From Octopus bimaculoides (lineage: Eukaryota): a DNA stretch of 43,823 bases. The position numbers and the translations under genes are program-made. This document shows, piece after piece, positions 12,665 through 26,010 of this stretch. The notes beneath the pieces were generated by a model. The model saw nothing but the letters and a program-made list of their open reading frames with translations, did no database searches and was not told where the DNA came from. The stretch covers positions 58,785,880 to 58,829,702 of the forward strand of contig NC_068987.1 in assembly GCF_001194135.2 (NCBI RefSeq), in the 5' to 3' direction. Every line of letters starts with the position of its first letter. The first letter of the stretch is position 1.

Positions 12665-12841
<177 letters not shown>

Positions 12842-13329
12842 TGAGCATCGTGGAAAAACTTATTCTTTACATAGTGATAGAAAAGACTGTGACACTCTGG
12901 AGTTGTTTGTTGTTGTCTTCATCGAACCCCATTGGATTTCAATTCGGCTGTACAGATTAAAAGGGCATTCAGTTGTATTGTACTCCCTTTTGTTAAGGGT
13001 AATAAGCACTACTTTTTCATGGTATATATTTACTGTTATGTTGTGGGTTAAGATAATTAGTTAAATGTCTTGATCAGTGACATACTACAACAGTGGTTTT
13101 AGAATCAAGCATGGATTCTTCAGCTGGTGTTTTTGAACTTGCCAGACCCAAAATTCTCAGACATTATTAAAGTATGTAAACCCTGTAGATACTAAAAACG
13201 TTGCCATTGATTTTATCATGTTAATGTAGCTTAAGCTCCTCCTAGGCTTAGTTTTATAAAGGTGCTTGAACATGTTTAATATCAACTGTTTTGTTTCATT
13301 GTCAGTAATTAAGCTATTTAATTAGTATG

Positions 13330-13770
13330 AAGTAGAGTTAGCTGGGAGAGAAAACAGTATTGAATTCTATAATTTGTATGGAGCAGAGATACTTGGGAGA
13401 GGAAGCAGCTGAAATGAAAGATCAGTATATCTTGTTGAGTTCAGTGGGAACTGTGTTTTCTGTTAAAGAGAATAAAGAAAATGTATATGTGTGACAAATA
13501 TGGCAGATATGAGAATCAGTACAGTGTCAGGCAAATTTCCTTGCAGTGTTTACTTATATTCTGAGAAGAAAACCCACTGAAATTGATTGTTTTTGTCCTG
13601 AAATTACTACAATAAATACCCTTGTTATGGAGATAGTTTGATCACATCCCAATAAGGAAAATATCCTTATGTTAATGTCAAAGATTATTGTGTTTGGGAA
13701 GGCAAAACAAAAGCATGAGCACTGGATTAAACATCTAAAAGTAGTTAGTGTTGCTATATTCAAATCTCCT
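13330..13770 (+). mobile_element. Possible highly decayed RTE reverse-transcriptase fragment
   Basis: Broken frame LYGAE...SGKFPCSV...LKVVS resembles RTE LYADD...SGKWPCS...LEVV; many stops. Confidence 0.35.
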
Positions 13771-14137
13771 TTTAACATTCACCACCATAACTAATTTATG
13801 GTCTTATGCTAATCATTGTGTTGTTGTTGTTGTTGTTTAGTCTCATGTACATACTGATGCAACAGGTTTGTGATCAAAGATGTTCCATTTGCAGTACTTC
13901 CAAGATCATATTATCCAACGTGTCTTCCTCCTTTTTAAGAGAGTAGGGTGTGATTTGATGGCGGTTTAGCTGCTACTTATAGCAGGTTGTGCAACCATGC
14001 AGAGCTTTCTCATTGCCAATCATTAATTACTTGACTGGTATAATTATTTTGCTCTTCCTTTCATCTCACTCTGCTTCTCTTGCTGGTGTTCCAGTTTACA
14101 AATGATAATTTTATTTTTGTACTTTTCTTTATTTCAG

Positions 14138-14176
14138 AAATGCATGAACGCTCTACAGCAAGTAAAGGCACGACAT
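14138..14176 (+). CDS. GFPT: GFAT small exon: KCMNALQQVKARH
   Basis: tttcag| acceptor, CAT|gtaagt donor; matches KCxNALQQVxAR; 39 nt, phase 0-0. Confidence 0.95.
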
Positions 14177-14489
14177 GTAAGTAGTATGTCACCTCCTGGG
14201 TAGCATGTGTATTTTTGTATATTTTGTTTTCTGTTACAGTTATAGAATAATAGTGTCCTTGGTTATGTTTCTGGTGAGCCAGTCACTGGATCACTATATT
14301 TCTGATGGCCAAAGTGACAAAGGAGTGTCTGTAGTTCACTGTTGAACAAATATTTGAAGGGATTTCTCTTGATGGGCACGTTCTATGTGGTTTTTGTACC
14401 AATGAACATCAATGAAAGATTACATACAATATATAGATGTATGTGTTTCTCTAATGTCATGCAGTATTTGTTGTAGTTTTTTTGCATTC

Positions 14490-15250
14490 TGAGTTCAAAT
14501 CCTACTGAAGTCAAGTTTGCCTGTTGTGACTGAGAAAAACTACTAGAGTGATTTAATCAACTAAACCTCTCACCCCAAAATTCCAGGAAGAAGGCGGAAA
14601 GCTAGCAAAATCATTAGTATGCAGGATGAGATGCTTAGCAGTACTTTACCTGTCGCTACATTCAGAGTTCAAATTCCACTGAGGTTGACTTTACCTTTTA
14701 TCTTTTCAGGGTCAATAAAATAGGTACCAGTTGATGCAATCAACTCATTCCTTCCCCCAAAATTGCTGCCCTTGTGGCAAAATTTGAAACCATTATTATT
14801 ATTATGAAGTCAAATTCCACTGAGGTCGACTTTGCCTTTCATCCTTTCGGGGTCAATAAATTAAGTACCAATGAAACACTGAAGTCAATGTAATCCACTA
14901 GTCCGCTCCCCCAAAATTTCAGGCCTTGTGCCTATAGCAGAAAGGATTATTATTATTATTAAGGTGGCCAGCTGACAGAATTGTTAACATGCTGGGCAAG
15001 ATGCTTAGCAGTATTTTGTCTGTCTTCATGCTCTGAGTTCAAATTTTAATGAAATCAACTTTGCTTTCATCCTTTTGGGGGTCAATAAATTAAGTACCAG
15101 TGGTTGATGTAATTGATTAGTCCCTTCCCAAAATTTCAGGTCTGTGTCTTTAGTAGAAAGGATTATTATTATGAAGGTAGTAATCTAGTAGAATTGTTAA
15201 TATGCTGGACAAAATGCTCGACAAGATTTATCTGTCTTTATGTTCTGAGT
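14490..15250 (+). mobile_element. Head-to-tail run of 4-5 family C SINE copies
   Basis: Repeated ctgagttcaaat / cctttcggggtcaataaa units; the three internal units end in (ATT)n. Confidence 0.8.
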
Positions 15251-15471
15251 CTGTGCCATGGGCTTCGCAGATTTTCCTATACTATAATCAGATAGTGATA
15301 GACAACTGACAGTAATATATTTTCTTCACTGCTTTGCTGTAACATTTTCTGTAAGCTTTTGTTTTTTTTTTTCTTTTTTCTCATTCTTACTTTGTTTTAA
15401 TTTATTTTATATTATGTGGAATGTAAATGTTATTTCATTTTCTAAATTTGCTTTTATTTTGCGTTTTCTAG

Positions 15472-15633
15472 GGTGATTTGATTGTTATTTGCAACTCTGG
15501 TGACACAGAAACCCAAAGTCAGGTGAAGAAGTTCATTGCTGTACCACATACAATCGACTGCTTACAAGGAATTCTTACTATAATTCCCTTACAGCTTCTT
15601 TCCTTACATATTGCTGAAAAACGTAACTGTGAT
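15472..15633 (+). CDS. GFPT: GFAT exon: GDLIVICNSGDTETQSQVKKFIAVPHTIDCLQGILTIIPLQLLSLHIAEKRNCD
   Basis: ttctag| acceptor, GAT|gtaagc donor; DCLQGIL..IPLQLL motif; 162 nt, ends in phase 0. Confidence 0.97.
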
Positions 15634-16096
15634 GTAAGCCAACAATATTTTCTATTTAGATTCTGTTATTTTTTCTATTCAGCACAAACTGTGATATAAT
15701 CTAACAATATTTTACAGTTTCTAATTTTTTTTAGCTTGCTCCATATAATTTAATGCATCTAACACCTCTATAACCAAGCTGTTAACAATTCAGTTTTGGT
15801 GAACGGAAATGCAAACAAAAATTTGAACTAGAAGTTTTATCAGTGAGTCTTCCTGAAAAATGTCATTTGATCATTCATATACATTTTGGTTGTGATTTCT
15901 AGATTTTGCCTTCTACCATTTTTATTTAGGGCTACTAAAACAGGTCAACAATTCTCACTTGCAATGTCTTTATATTCTTGACAAAATAGATCCTCAAAAC
16001 TTCAAAATGTTGTGTAAAGAAAACTGAAAGACGTTAACCTGCATTATTGTCAGGAATGTGCTGCACACAAATCTGAAAACCCAGCTTTGATTTATT

Positions 16097-16264
16097 TAAA
16101 CTGGCAATATCCAGCCTAAATATTCTACCTGTTTTGTGTTCAAACCAGTCATATTTGGCCTCTCACACCTACCTTACGATGTCATTTTAAAAATAGACAA
16201 TCACATCATCAAAATCTCAAAGCTACAAAATAATACATGATTAACTGAAAACAATGCTATAGGG
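16097..16264 (-). mobile_element. Partial piggyBac-type MITE
   Basis: Ends ctatagggttaa; body as in 22194-22411. Confidence 0.6.
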
Positions 16265-17959
16265 TTAATCCTTAGGATAAAGAATATTACTTTAAAGTTC
16301 TACTGGCGGCCTTTGACTTTTTCTAGCCAAAGGAATTTTTAACCCAATATTTACAAGTTATTATTTATAGCTTATCTGGCTCAAGATCCAACACTCCCCA
16401 AAAACAAAGAACGAGGACTCTGAAATAGATTTGTTCGTGTGTGTGTGTGTAGTATTAGGTACAATTCATCATACAGTTTACATGTTATTATTCAGTGTTA
16501 ATGCATTATTTTATTGATACTAATGATGCCTTAATCAACGAAAAATATAGAGTTTAGGTATACAAATTGTATGAAACTAGTATGAATATGTTCTTATATA
16601 TCATGATACAGTTTGTTTGCTTTTTCACTGATTAACTGTACACTTTCTTTGAAAGTTATAGGCATTTCTGTTGCTATCAGAGCATAAATTGTGATTTTAT
16701 TCCAAGAAGATTTACTACTGTTGTCAAATTTGGAGTCTTCATTAATGCAGGTGGAGATTTGTTTGGAGTAAATTGAGATGTAGACAACTTGAGTTTTTGA
16801 AGCAATCTGAATTCTGAAGAGTTACCTATTACAAGAATGGACCAAGCCATGATTGGGCATGGGTGTTTGTATGCTGGCGATTTGGTATGGCTGATGGAGC
16901 ATTTAGCCTGTTTTGGTGGCAGTACTTTTTGGGACCAGTGGGAAACACACATGCACACTCTCATGCTGTGCAGAAATATACACATACAGATCAAGAGGAA
17001 GAGAGAGAGATTACAATTTATTAATTGAACACAACTGACCAAAGCATTTTCCGTTACCTCATATACATAAAGACAAGCATGCTCACACACATAAAGAGAG
17101 AGAGAGAGAGTCCGGGGAGAGAACAGGAGGAACATTCAAATATCAGATGTCCAATAAGTCAACTTTGAATTAGTAATAATTGGCAGCACCAGAACAGTTG
17201 GTACTAAAACATCTCAAATCCATTATCAGAACAGTTAAGCAAACACCATATTGCAATCTTTGTTGCTTTATAGGCTGTGTTACCTGAACTACAATGAAAT
17301 AACTACATAGCCAAAGGACAAACTAAATTCAGCTGCCTGTTTGCTTAGTCACTGAACCAAAGTTATCAAAGAACATACCAAAAATAGATTAATATTTTTT
17401 CCAGCTGTATAAAACATAGCATTAGATCAGTGGCTATTCTGATGTTTATGTATGATTCTATCCTTCCTCTGCATTGGCACATTGTTGTTCATAGACTTCC
17501 GGATAAGCAGTTTGACTACAAATAAACAGCCCACACAGTCCCTAATGTAAAAATAGTTACCCAAGATGGTGATATGGAGACTAAAGGCTGTGCTCCAGCA
17601 TGGCCGCCATCAAATGACTGAAACAAATAAAAGAATAATAGTTGCTACAGGAAGATGTGGCTTAGACTTTATACCTACAGGTTCTATTATAAAAGTAACA
17701 GTTTATCTCAAAATTCTTCTGGGGAACCTGTCATATTTTCATGCAGATCAAAAGCCATAACTAGTTGAAGAATGGTGGTACTCATGTTCACTGGGCAAAA
17801 ATACTGTCAAACAGTGGCTTCAGCAGGAACAAGTTCAAGCTCTTTTTAGGCAAGAGCCTAAAAAATGCTCAAATTCAAAAATTGTATAGTTTATCAATTG
17901 CTTATCAGTAAAGCACAGCTATTGAAAGAATATGATCAATAGTTTTAATGATCGTACAT

Positions 17960-18340
17960 GTTGGCACTCCATCGCTTACGATGTCGAGGGTTCCAGTTGA
18001 TCCAATCAACTGAACAGCCTGCTCGTAAAATTAACGTGCAAGTAGCTGAGCACTCCACTGACACGTGTACTCTTAACGTAGTTCTCGAGGATATTCAGCA
18101 TGACACAGTGTGACAAGGCTGACCTTTTGAATTACAGGCACAACAGAAACAGGAAGTAAGAGTGAGAGAAAGTTGTAGTGAAAGAGTACAGCAGGGTTCA
18201 CCACCATCCCCTGCCAGAGCCTCATGGAGCTTTGGGTGTTTTCGCTCAATAAACACTCACAACGCCTGGTCTGGGAATCGAAACCGCGATCCTATGACCG
18301 CGAGTCTGCTGCTCTAACCACTGGGCCATTGCGCCTCCAC
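17960..18340 (-). mobile_element. Full-length tRNA-derived SINE, family A
   Basis: Reverse complement of 20651-21017; 13-bp TSD atgatcgtacatg/atgattgtacatg with one mismatch. Confidence 0.9.
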
Positions 18341-18379
18341 ATGATTGTACATGATCTAAGGACTTTACTTGCATAAATG

Positions 18380-18640
18380 AAACTGTTTTCACAGAATACT
18401 GGAAATGAATGATACTGTTTGTATGATAGTGACACTCATTTACAACTGTCATATAATGTCAAGACAAGGAGACATGCATACACACAGTGAGCTTCTTTCA
18501 GGTTTGTGTATACCAATCCACTCACAAGGTTTGGGTCAGTCCAGGGGCTTTAGTAGGTGACACTTGCCTAAGTGAGACTGAACCTGGAACCATGTGGTTG
18601 GGAAACCAACTTGTTAACTACACAGCTACACCTGTACCTT
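18380..18640 (-). mobile_element. Family B1 SINE fragment
   Basis: Body and core motifs on the reverse strand. Confidence 0.65.
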
Positions 18641-18869
18641 GTTAGGATTTGAAATAACAAGCTTTCTAATGTTGCTCAGATGCTTTCTAATAGCTTAGCA
18701 ATGTGATATGAATTTCAAGCCATTATTGGTTTAACAGCAAATTGTTTGTAGTGAATATAAAACATTAATACTTAGGGTTTGTCATGTATAAGTAGCAGTT
18801 CAACATATAACCAAATGAAAAGAAAATTTCTGAGGGGATTTGCTTGTGAGATATTTAGGTCTTTAATCT

Positions 18870-19003
18870 CAAACTCTGAGGTCAACTTTGCCTTTCATAC
18901 TTTTGGGGTCGATAAAATAAGTACCAGTTGAACACCGGAGTCAATGTAACTGACTCATCCCCTACCCCAAAATTGCTGCCCTTGTGGCAAAATTTGAAAC
19001 CAT
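18870..19003 (+). mobile_element. Family C SINE fragment
   Basis: gaggtcaactttgcctttcat...ggggtcgataaaataagtaccag. Confidence 0.7.
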
Positions 19004-19994
19004 AAATGATTCTTCAAATTTGCTGGAAATCCAAACTAAAACATTTGAAAACAGCACTTCTTCTTTTGTAAACATTTCAGTTGACTTAAAAATATAAAAA
19101 GGCTATGATTACTATGACAAAATTGTCTTGGACAATATTTCATTATTAATATAACCCTCTAGACATATTTCCTCTTATTAGCTAACAAATATCCTAGTAA
19201 AGACATTCATCTCATTAAACTTTCTTGTTTGTGAATTGATGTTCCTATTGTATCTTAGTTAAGACAAAGAGAAATTAATTATAATATTGATTTCTTCTGG
19301 CTGTGTAGCTTTAATAATTTAGTACCATGGCAGATAGAGAGTTTATGTCATTCTTTTTACAAAGCAATAATAATGCAAATCAAATACAGTGTTTTCAGCT
19401 TTATATCAACACTATTTCATGGACTTTACATCTTAGTTTATACTGCTCACCAGAGGACTATCAAAATACAGTAGATGCAAACCTGATTATATATGATATT
19501 CCTCCAGCTTAGTTAAGAACACCAATAGTAATTAGAGTATTAAACAACAATGCATAAATCTCAAATTAATTTGTGCTCAGATGATTGTATTATCTTTTTG
19601 TCGAAGAGTTAAAATATCATTTTCATAGTTTTTGTACTTATTTAAAGTGAAAATTAAGTATAAAATTTTGCCCATAAGAAAAAACGATTTTTTTTTTTTT
19701 TTTTTTTTTGCCCGTTTGGTATACATTCATGCAACCTTGTTGTTTAACAGTTAAACAAGTGTCATATCAATTTGTTCAAAAAAAAGAAAAAATATATTAA
19801 AATTTATCTTGAATAATAAAAAAGAAAAATTTGAAATTAAAATTTTAATCTATAATCAAAATTCTATAAACTGTTGGAATTTAATTTCACCTCACATCAG
19901 TTTATAAAATCTTCAGTTTTATTGATTTTAGACTTAGACACCATTTTTTCCCCTGTTTTTTAATGCAAGATTTTAATCTAAATATATAGTCAAG

Positions 19995-20275
19995 AGTGAA
20001 GGTGCATGGCTTAGTAGTTAGGGTATTCAGCTCACAATTGTAAGGTCGCAAGTTCAATTCCTGACAGCACTTTGTGTCCTTGAGCAAGACATTTTATTTC
20101 ATATTGCTCCAGTTCACTCATCTGGCAAAAATCAGTAGTACCCATATTTCAAAGGGCCAGCCTTATCATACTCTGTGTCTTGCTGAATCTTCCCGAGAAC
20201 TACATTAAGGGTTCACTGTCTGGAATGCTCAGCTACTTGCACATTAATTTCATGAGCAGGCTGTTCTGTTAACTG
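19995..20275 (+). mobile_element. tRNA-headed SINE with a family A-like 3' half
   Basis: A/B-box-like head tggcttagtagttaggg...gttcaattcc; core gtgtccttgagcaagac. Confidence 0.7.
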
Positions 20276-20650
20276 GTTAAGAAATTGCTTTTCAAACTGA
20301 TACAACTCACCTCTTTCTTTTAAATTTTTTTGTATGTGTGTCCACCTCTGCCTTTGCACCTAATTTGTAACATGTTTCTTGCCCACAACTCTTCTTCCTA
20401 ACACACCCTCATCACTCTTCTGACTATGGTGCTATTCATACAACTATTGTAATTATATGACTGCAAAACTGAATATATTTCATCCCCAACCTTTTTGTGC
20501 TCCCAGTTACCCTCCTTACAGCCACTTTATTTCTCCTATTCTGTATCATCCTTTACCATCATATTTTCTTATGCGTGCCTCTTTCACTTCTAGCCTTCCT
20601 CATTACACCCATTCATTCTGCCAGTTTGGGTCCTTCTACTCATACTGACC

Positions 20651-21017
20651 GTGGAGGCGCAATGGCTCAGTGCTAAGGGCAGTGGACTCGCGGTTTTGAT
20701 TCCCAGGCCGGGCATTGTGAGTGTTTATTGAGCGAAAACACCTAAAGCTCCATGAGGCCCCGGCAGGGGATGGTGGCGAACCCTGCTGTACTCTTCCACC
20801 ACAACTTTCTCTCACTTTTACTTCCTGTTTCTGTTGTGCCTGTAATTCAAAGGGTCAGCCTTGTCACATTGTGTCACACTGAATATCCCCGAGAACTACA
20901 TTAAAGGTACACGTGTCTGTGGAGTGCTCAGCCACTTGCACGTTAATTTCACGAGCAGGCTGTTCCATTGATCGGATCAACTGGGACCCTCGACGTCGTA
21001 AGCGACGGAGTGCCAAC
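20651..21017 (+). mobile_element. Full-length tRNA-derived SINE, family A
   Basis: A-box-like tggctcagtg; perfect 13-bp TSD actcatactgacc (20638-20650 and 21016-21028). Confidence 0.9.
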
Positions 21018-21299
21018 TCATACTGACCACTCACTCCATTCCCCTCTATTCCCATCTCTATCCATTTGCCATTCTCTTTTCACACACTTATCAACTTATC
21101 TACCCATTCACTCTGTCTAATCTTCTGGGCCACTTCTCTTATGTTCATCTTCCTGTAACTTCCCTATCTTTTCTCCTTTTTCAACTGAGGTAGCTGTGTA
21201 TTTTCACTACTGCAAGACACCAGTTTCTGTCCCTCTATCATACTTTAATCCCTTTTCACCTGGCATAAAGCCACCCACCTCAATACTACACCTTTTCAG

Positions 21300-21540
21300 T
21301 TGAGGTGCCTTTTCTTGCAAGTCACTTGGTGACCTCACTAGTCCTGGTGTCATATAAAAAGCATCTAGCACCACTCTCTGAAATGGTTGGCATTAGAAAG
21401 GACATCCAATCATAGAAGCTATGCCAAAGTTGACACTGGAGCTCTTTGCAGTCCTTTGGCATGTCAGCTTCTGTCAAAACGTCCAACCCATGTTAGCCTG
21501 GAAAACAAATGTTAAACAACAACAATAATGATGATGATGA
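21300..21540 (+). mobile_element. RTE-tail element
   Basis: ggttggcattagaaaggacatcc...ccaacccatgttagc...(GAT)n. Confidence 0.7.
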
Positions 21541-22193
21541 ATATTATTTTTAGTGTTATTTGTTACAATTTTGTATGATATATATATAATTTTTTTTTTC
21601 ACTTAATGTAATTTTCTTTACATGCCCTTGAAATATTACTGTTGCTTTTGATCACTTTTAACTGCTTTGCTTTTAACAGCTGTGCTTACATAGAATATAA
21701 ATTTCTTCTTAACTACTGATATATTTGTAGATTTAATTCACCGTTTTTTTGGTTTTTTTTTTCTAAAAAAGTCTGTTCCAGACAGTATTACACAGTTACC
21801 ACACCTATTTAGGAATGATGATATATCAAAATTATGCAACCTTTATTTCTTATTCCAAATAACATTATCAATACAATCGAAATTATATCAAGGGCTCATA
21901 ATTTGCAAAAAATTTACTTCTTAGTCTATGGAGAAAGCCACTGAGTATATTAAAAAAAAAGGTATTACTGATAAGCATAACAATGATCTCTAACTTTGGC
22001 ACAAGGTCTTTATTTCAGTAGGAAGAATTTAGTTACTTTAAACCCTTTTTTACCCTTGAATTTACCAGACACATTTGATGACCCAGAGGAATAAAAGATT
22101 ATCTACTCTTGTGGGTTTTAAACCTTAGACCTGATTAAATAAATATAAGGTACTCAACAGTTTCAGAGAATCTACCACTGTTAATTATATTAA

Positions 22194-22411
22194 CCCTTTA
22201 GTATTTAGACCAGTTACATCTGGTCAAAATATTTTTTCCTGTTCTATGCTTAAACTGGTCAGGTGTGGCCTCGCACATCAACTGTACAATATCATTCTAA
22301 AAATCAAGTCAACTCATTAAGATTACAAAGGTACAAGATAATGCATGATTAATTTCAAAACATTGTGAATAAATAAGCATATCTTTTGACAGTAATGTGA
22401 ATGCTAAAGGG
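22194..22411 (-). mobile_element. piggyBac-type MITE
   Basis: TTAA|cccttt...aatgctaaaggg|TTA; CCC/GGG termini. Confidence 0.75.
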
Positions 22412-23089
22412 TTATTAATGAAAACAACCAACCAGCTTGTGGGTTAGCAGTATTCAGATTTGATTTTGCTAATCATTCCCTAAGTATTTAAATGATGAAA
22501 ATACAGTAATTCTTCCATCTTTGAAGGAAATGCTTTATGGGTGGTTTATGTATAAATTTAATTTTAAAAAATAGCATCGTTTTGATATTATTTGATTTGT
22601 TGCTTTCAAGCAATATAGTATCCAAATCACTATTTCAGTAACTGGATACCTCTGTTATATTTGTTGGCATCCAGTTGAATTTTAACAGATACTCGACTCT
22701 TTGACAGTGAAACTTACTAATGTTTCTATTCTGAATCAAAACCACTTTTCAAGATACAAAAAGAAAAAAAAGGTTCAGTTTGAATATTCTGTAAAAGAAA
22801 AATTATCCCTTAATCTTTGTAGATATGAAAATGTGCATGTTCATATGTATCATTATGTAAGAGCTATAAAATATATTTAAAATGTATTTTACATAGTGCA
22901 AACAACATCTGATATAAAACCCAAAACTTTGGGTAGGTTGGAAGGATAGACATGTTGACTATATCAAGCCACAGTTTACTCAGTGTTTCACCTGAGGCTG
23001 GACCATTGTCAACTGTGAAATTTGCAATTTGTAGAAAGGGTGTGTTACCTTATCTGCTTCACACATCCATATAATAATCCTTTCTACTA

Positions 23090-23275
23090 TAGGATCAGAG
23101 CCTGAAATTTTGGAGGAGAGGTCTAGTTGATTACATTGATCCCAATGCTTGACTAATACTTAATTTATCGACCACAAATGGATGAAAGGCAAAGTGGTAC
23201 TTGAACTCAGAACATAAAGACAAATGAAATAATACTAAGCATTTTATCTGGCATGCTAACAATTCTGCCAACTCA
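23090..23275 (-). mobile_element. Family C SINE, reverse orientation
   Basis: ataatcctttctact...tttatcgacc...gatgaaaggcaaag...gaactcagaac. Confidence 0.7.
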
Positions 23276-24230
23276 CCACCGTAACACGCATAATGGTGTG
23301 TGTATGTGTACACATGCATATATATATATATATGTATGTATATCTGATCTTCTTGTGTAGACATGACCTTTGTAGTATAAAAAATATTGGGGATTATGCC
23401 AGCATGGATAATGGACATTAAATGAAGATGATGATGACGATGATAGATCGGCCCAGCCATTTTTATACGGGTTAATACAAAAGTATTTGTTCCTCTCCAG
23501 AGGCAAAAAGAGGAACTCAAATTCAACTGATACATTTATTGACTATCATTCCAAACCCTACTGCATTTCACATGGAATAGTTGGTCCTCCAAAATCGTCT
23601 TGGTGTATATGTTGACCAATGATTTTTGGCTGTAAAGTTTGACCTAAAGAATTCCACTTGTATGCAGAAAAATGCAGTACTAAATGATGCAAGTGCTAAA
23701 GCTTTGAAAGACAATACAGTGGCTGAAATGATAATGCTGCGTTAATTATCTTTATAATATTTAGTTTTATTATTCCATATTCTAAGTTTTAATATCATAG
23801 CTATCCATTAAATAAGCACCAACATAGTACAAGTTATTCCAACCACATTATCCATCTTTGTGCTCCATTAAAAATGCTTGGAGTTACTGAATAAGTAGAA
23901 GAGTGGAAAATATGTCAAAGTATTGAGTTTTGTTTCTTAATGTTTTAAACTAAAATCACACTATTTTAGGTTAATAACAACTCCTAACATATAATACTAT
24001 TTCACTGTATCCTTCTTCTTTAAATATAATAATCCTTGTGCTAATGAGAGAAATTATTAACACCATTATTCATATTTTTATTTATTTAAAATATCAAATC
24101 AGAAGTTAATAAACACGTGTAAGCACAATTTGCTTTCTGTTGAGAAATTGGACATCTATATTCACTTAAGTTTTGAACTCGCCTTTAACTATTTAGTTCA
24201 AGGGAGATAACTACTAACTTTCTCTTCTAG

Positions 24231-24275
24231 GTTGACTGCCCCCGGAACCTAGCAAAGAGTGTTACAGTGGAGTAA
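24231..24275 (+). CDS. GFPT: GFAT canonical last coding exon: VDCPRNLAKSVTVE*
   Basis: tctcttctag| acceptor; invariant GFAT/GlmS C-tail PRNLAKSVTVE, stop TAA. Confidence 0.98.
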   Translation, partial: VDCPRNLAKSVTVE

Positions 24276-24295
24276 ATGATGCCTCAGAGACCAAT

Positions 24296-24301
24296 GTAAG
24301 C
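24296..24301 (+). promoter_or_regulatory. 5' splice donor 20 nt after the GFAT stop codon
   Basis: AAT|GTAAGC, the same hexamer as the donor after exon 15472-15633. Confidence 0.7.
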
Positions 24302-24317
24302 AGTGTAAATCTCTTAG

Positions 24318-24323
24318 AATAAA
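24318..24323 (+). promoter_or_regulatory. Candidate proximal polyadenylation signal
   Basis: AATAAA 43 nt after the stop, followed by U-rich sequence; the hexamer is common in AT-rich DNA. Confidence 0.45.
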
Positions 24324-25809
24324 ACTAATATATTTTAGTAATTTATTAGAGTCTTAAAATATTTATATTATTTCTTTTAGTTCATGTTTAGTGTATCTTG
24401 GCTGCAGTTTTAAATCTTGCTTTTGTTTCATTTCTCTTTTTTTTTTTTTTTTTTGCTTCACTATAAGCATTTCAAAAGTAACTTATACTTAAACATCATT
24501 TATACTTACCTCATGTTAAAAAAAAAAAAAAAAAAATTCTGAAAAATTCTCAACAATTTTTCTTTGTTCAGTTGACTTATGTCAAGACCCATTCTTTATG
24601 CCTTCCTTTTAAGAAACCTTTGTTCTAAAATATAAGCTTCAAAACCATAGAAAATTTAGTGCATCACATTTAGTTTTTTTAAAATTTTCTGCTTTGTTCC
24701 TCTGCTTATCTTTTACTTTATTGTCTGTAAATCTTTAATATCCTTCTATTTGTTTCACATCATCAAAGATGTGTGAAATAAATTATCCCTTACTTGAAAA
24801 AAAACAAAAAAAAACAGGTATGGTTAGCTACAGGAAGGGTATGAAGCTGTAAAACAATGCCTCAAGGATATAAACTTCTAACTCCTGCTTGCATGGAAAA
24901 ACAGACATAAAACAAATGATTGATTTTTCAGTCATTTATGCCATTTCCATATTGCCTTGTTATTCCCCACTCAGATTTCTTTGCATTTCTATAATACCTC
25001 GGTGTTTTCCAGGATATATATATATCTTCTTAACTTGCTTCCTGTATCTTTTTAGAAATATATTCTCCTTAATTTGTAGGCAGTAAAAGGTCTACAACCT
25101 AAAATGTATCTCTGCTTGTCATACCTCCATTTCAGTTGTGACACATCTCTCAGTCTGCTTTTTTAAATGAAGATTGAAATTTTTGCTTTTTTGTTTGTTA
25201 ATTTTGTTCCACTTCCCCTCTGTAGGAGGCAATGTTGTCTAGGTTCTTTTGTCCATGAATCTTAGCCTCATCTGATTACATGGGTGTGTAATGTTATACA
25301 TGTGTCTGTATCTGCTTTATATAATTGTAAAGCAATAGATTCATTTATTGGCAGTCAAAACACATGCATGTAAAGCTGTGGGGAAGGCATCCCTTCTAGG
25401 AGAGTGATATGTACTAGTCATATTGTTTAAGTGCATATGTAAATATATGTGCATAACTATCCAGATATATTCTTTTACCCTTCTAGATAATAGTTGTTTA
25501 ATTCTGGATCAGGCCAGATTGAACTGATCTAAATTCAAAAACAAATGCAACCTTAACCTTTCGTTGAACACCTTACCTCACATGCTCCCTCCATAGATTG
25601 AAAATTATTTTCATTTATAGAAACTTGTTATCTCTACTACTGTTGTTAGTAATTTATAAAATAAGAAATAGTTCATCTTATATCAGTACAGGTAAAAAAT
25701 ACAGAATTAGTTTGTCTCCTTTTTCTCTTCTCTTATGTACCACTGGAAAAAAAAATTGTTTACATCTGATTTGATTGGCTTCATACTCTTGCTTGATGGA
25801 GCTAGGGTC

Positions 25810-26010
25810 ATTCTAAGTTAGTGGTCCCAGAGACATCATCATGCATAGAGCTGACCAGATCCACCAGCTCTCACCATTGCTGGTGGTCTTATGCCAGCCC
25901 CTCTGCATCTTCCAAGGTGACATCGATCCTCTGGAGATCTTCCCCAATCATGTTCAGCCATCTGGTGCAGGGCTTGTCACAAAGGCCTCTTCCACCCTGC
26001 TGCTGCTGCA
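25810..26010 (-). mobile_element. LINE (RTE-like) ORF C-terminal remnant
   Basis: Reverse frame WLNMIGEDLQRIDVTLEDAEGLA*DHQQW*EL resembles the RTE RT C-terminus. Confidence 0.55.

Noticed and set aside
16677-17135. Longest gap-free ORF in the track (152 aa, - strand) as a nested gene
   Set aside because: No recognisable domain, and part comes from (GA)n/(CA)n-like low-complexity sequence. The + strand has faint RTE-like remnants (INAGG, GCLYA...STFW) that could explain the open frames.
17284-17404. Antisense exon-like unit (- strand tacag| ... CAG|gtaaca), one of several -strand GGTAAC sites
   Set aside because: Stops in all three frames and no partner exon; a non-coding exon cannot be excluded without RNA data.
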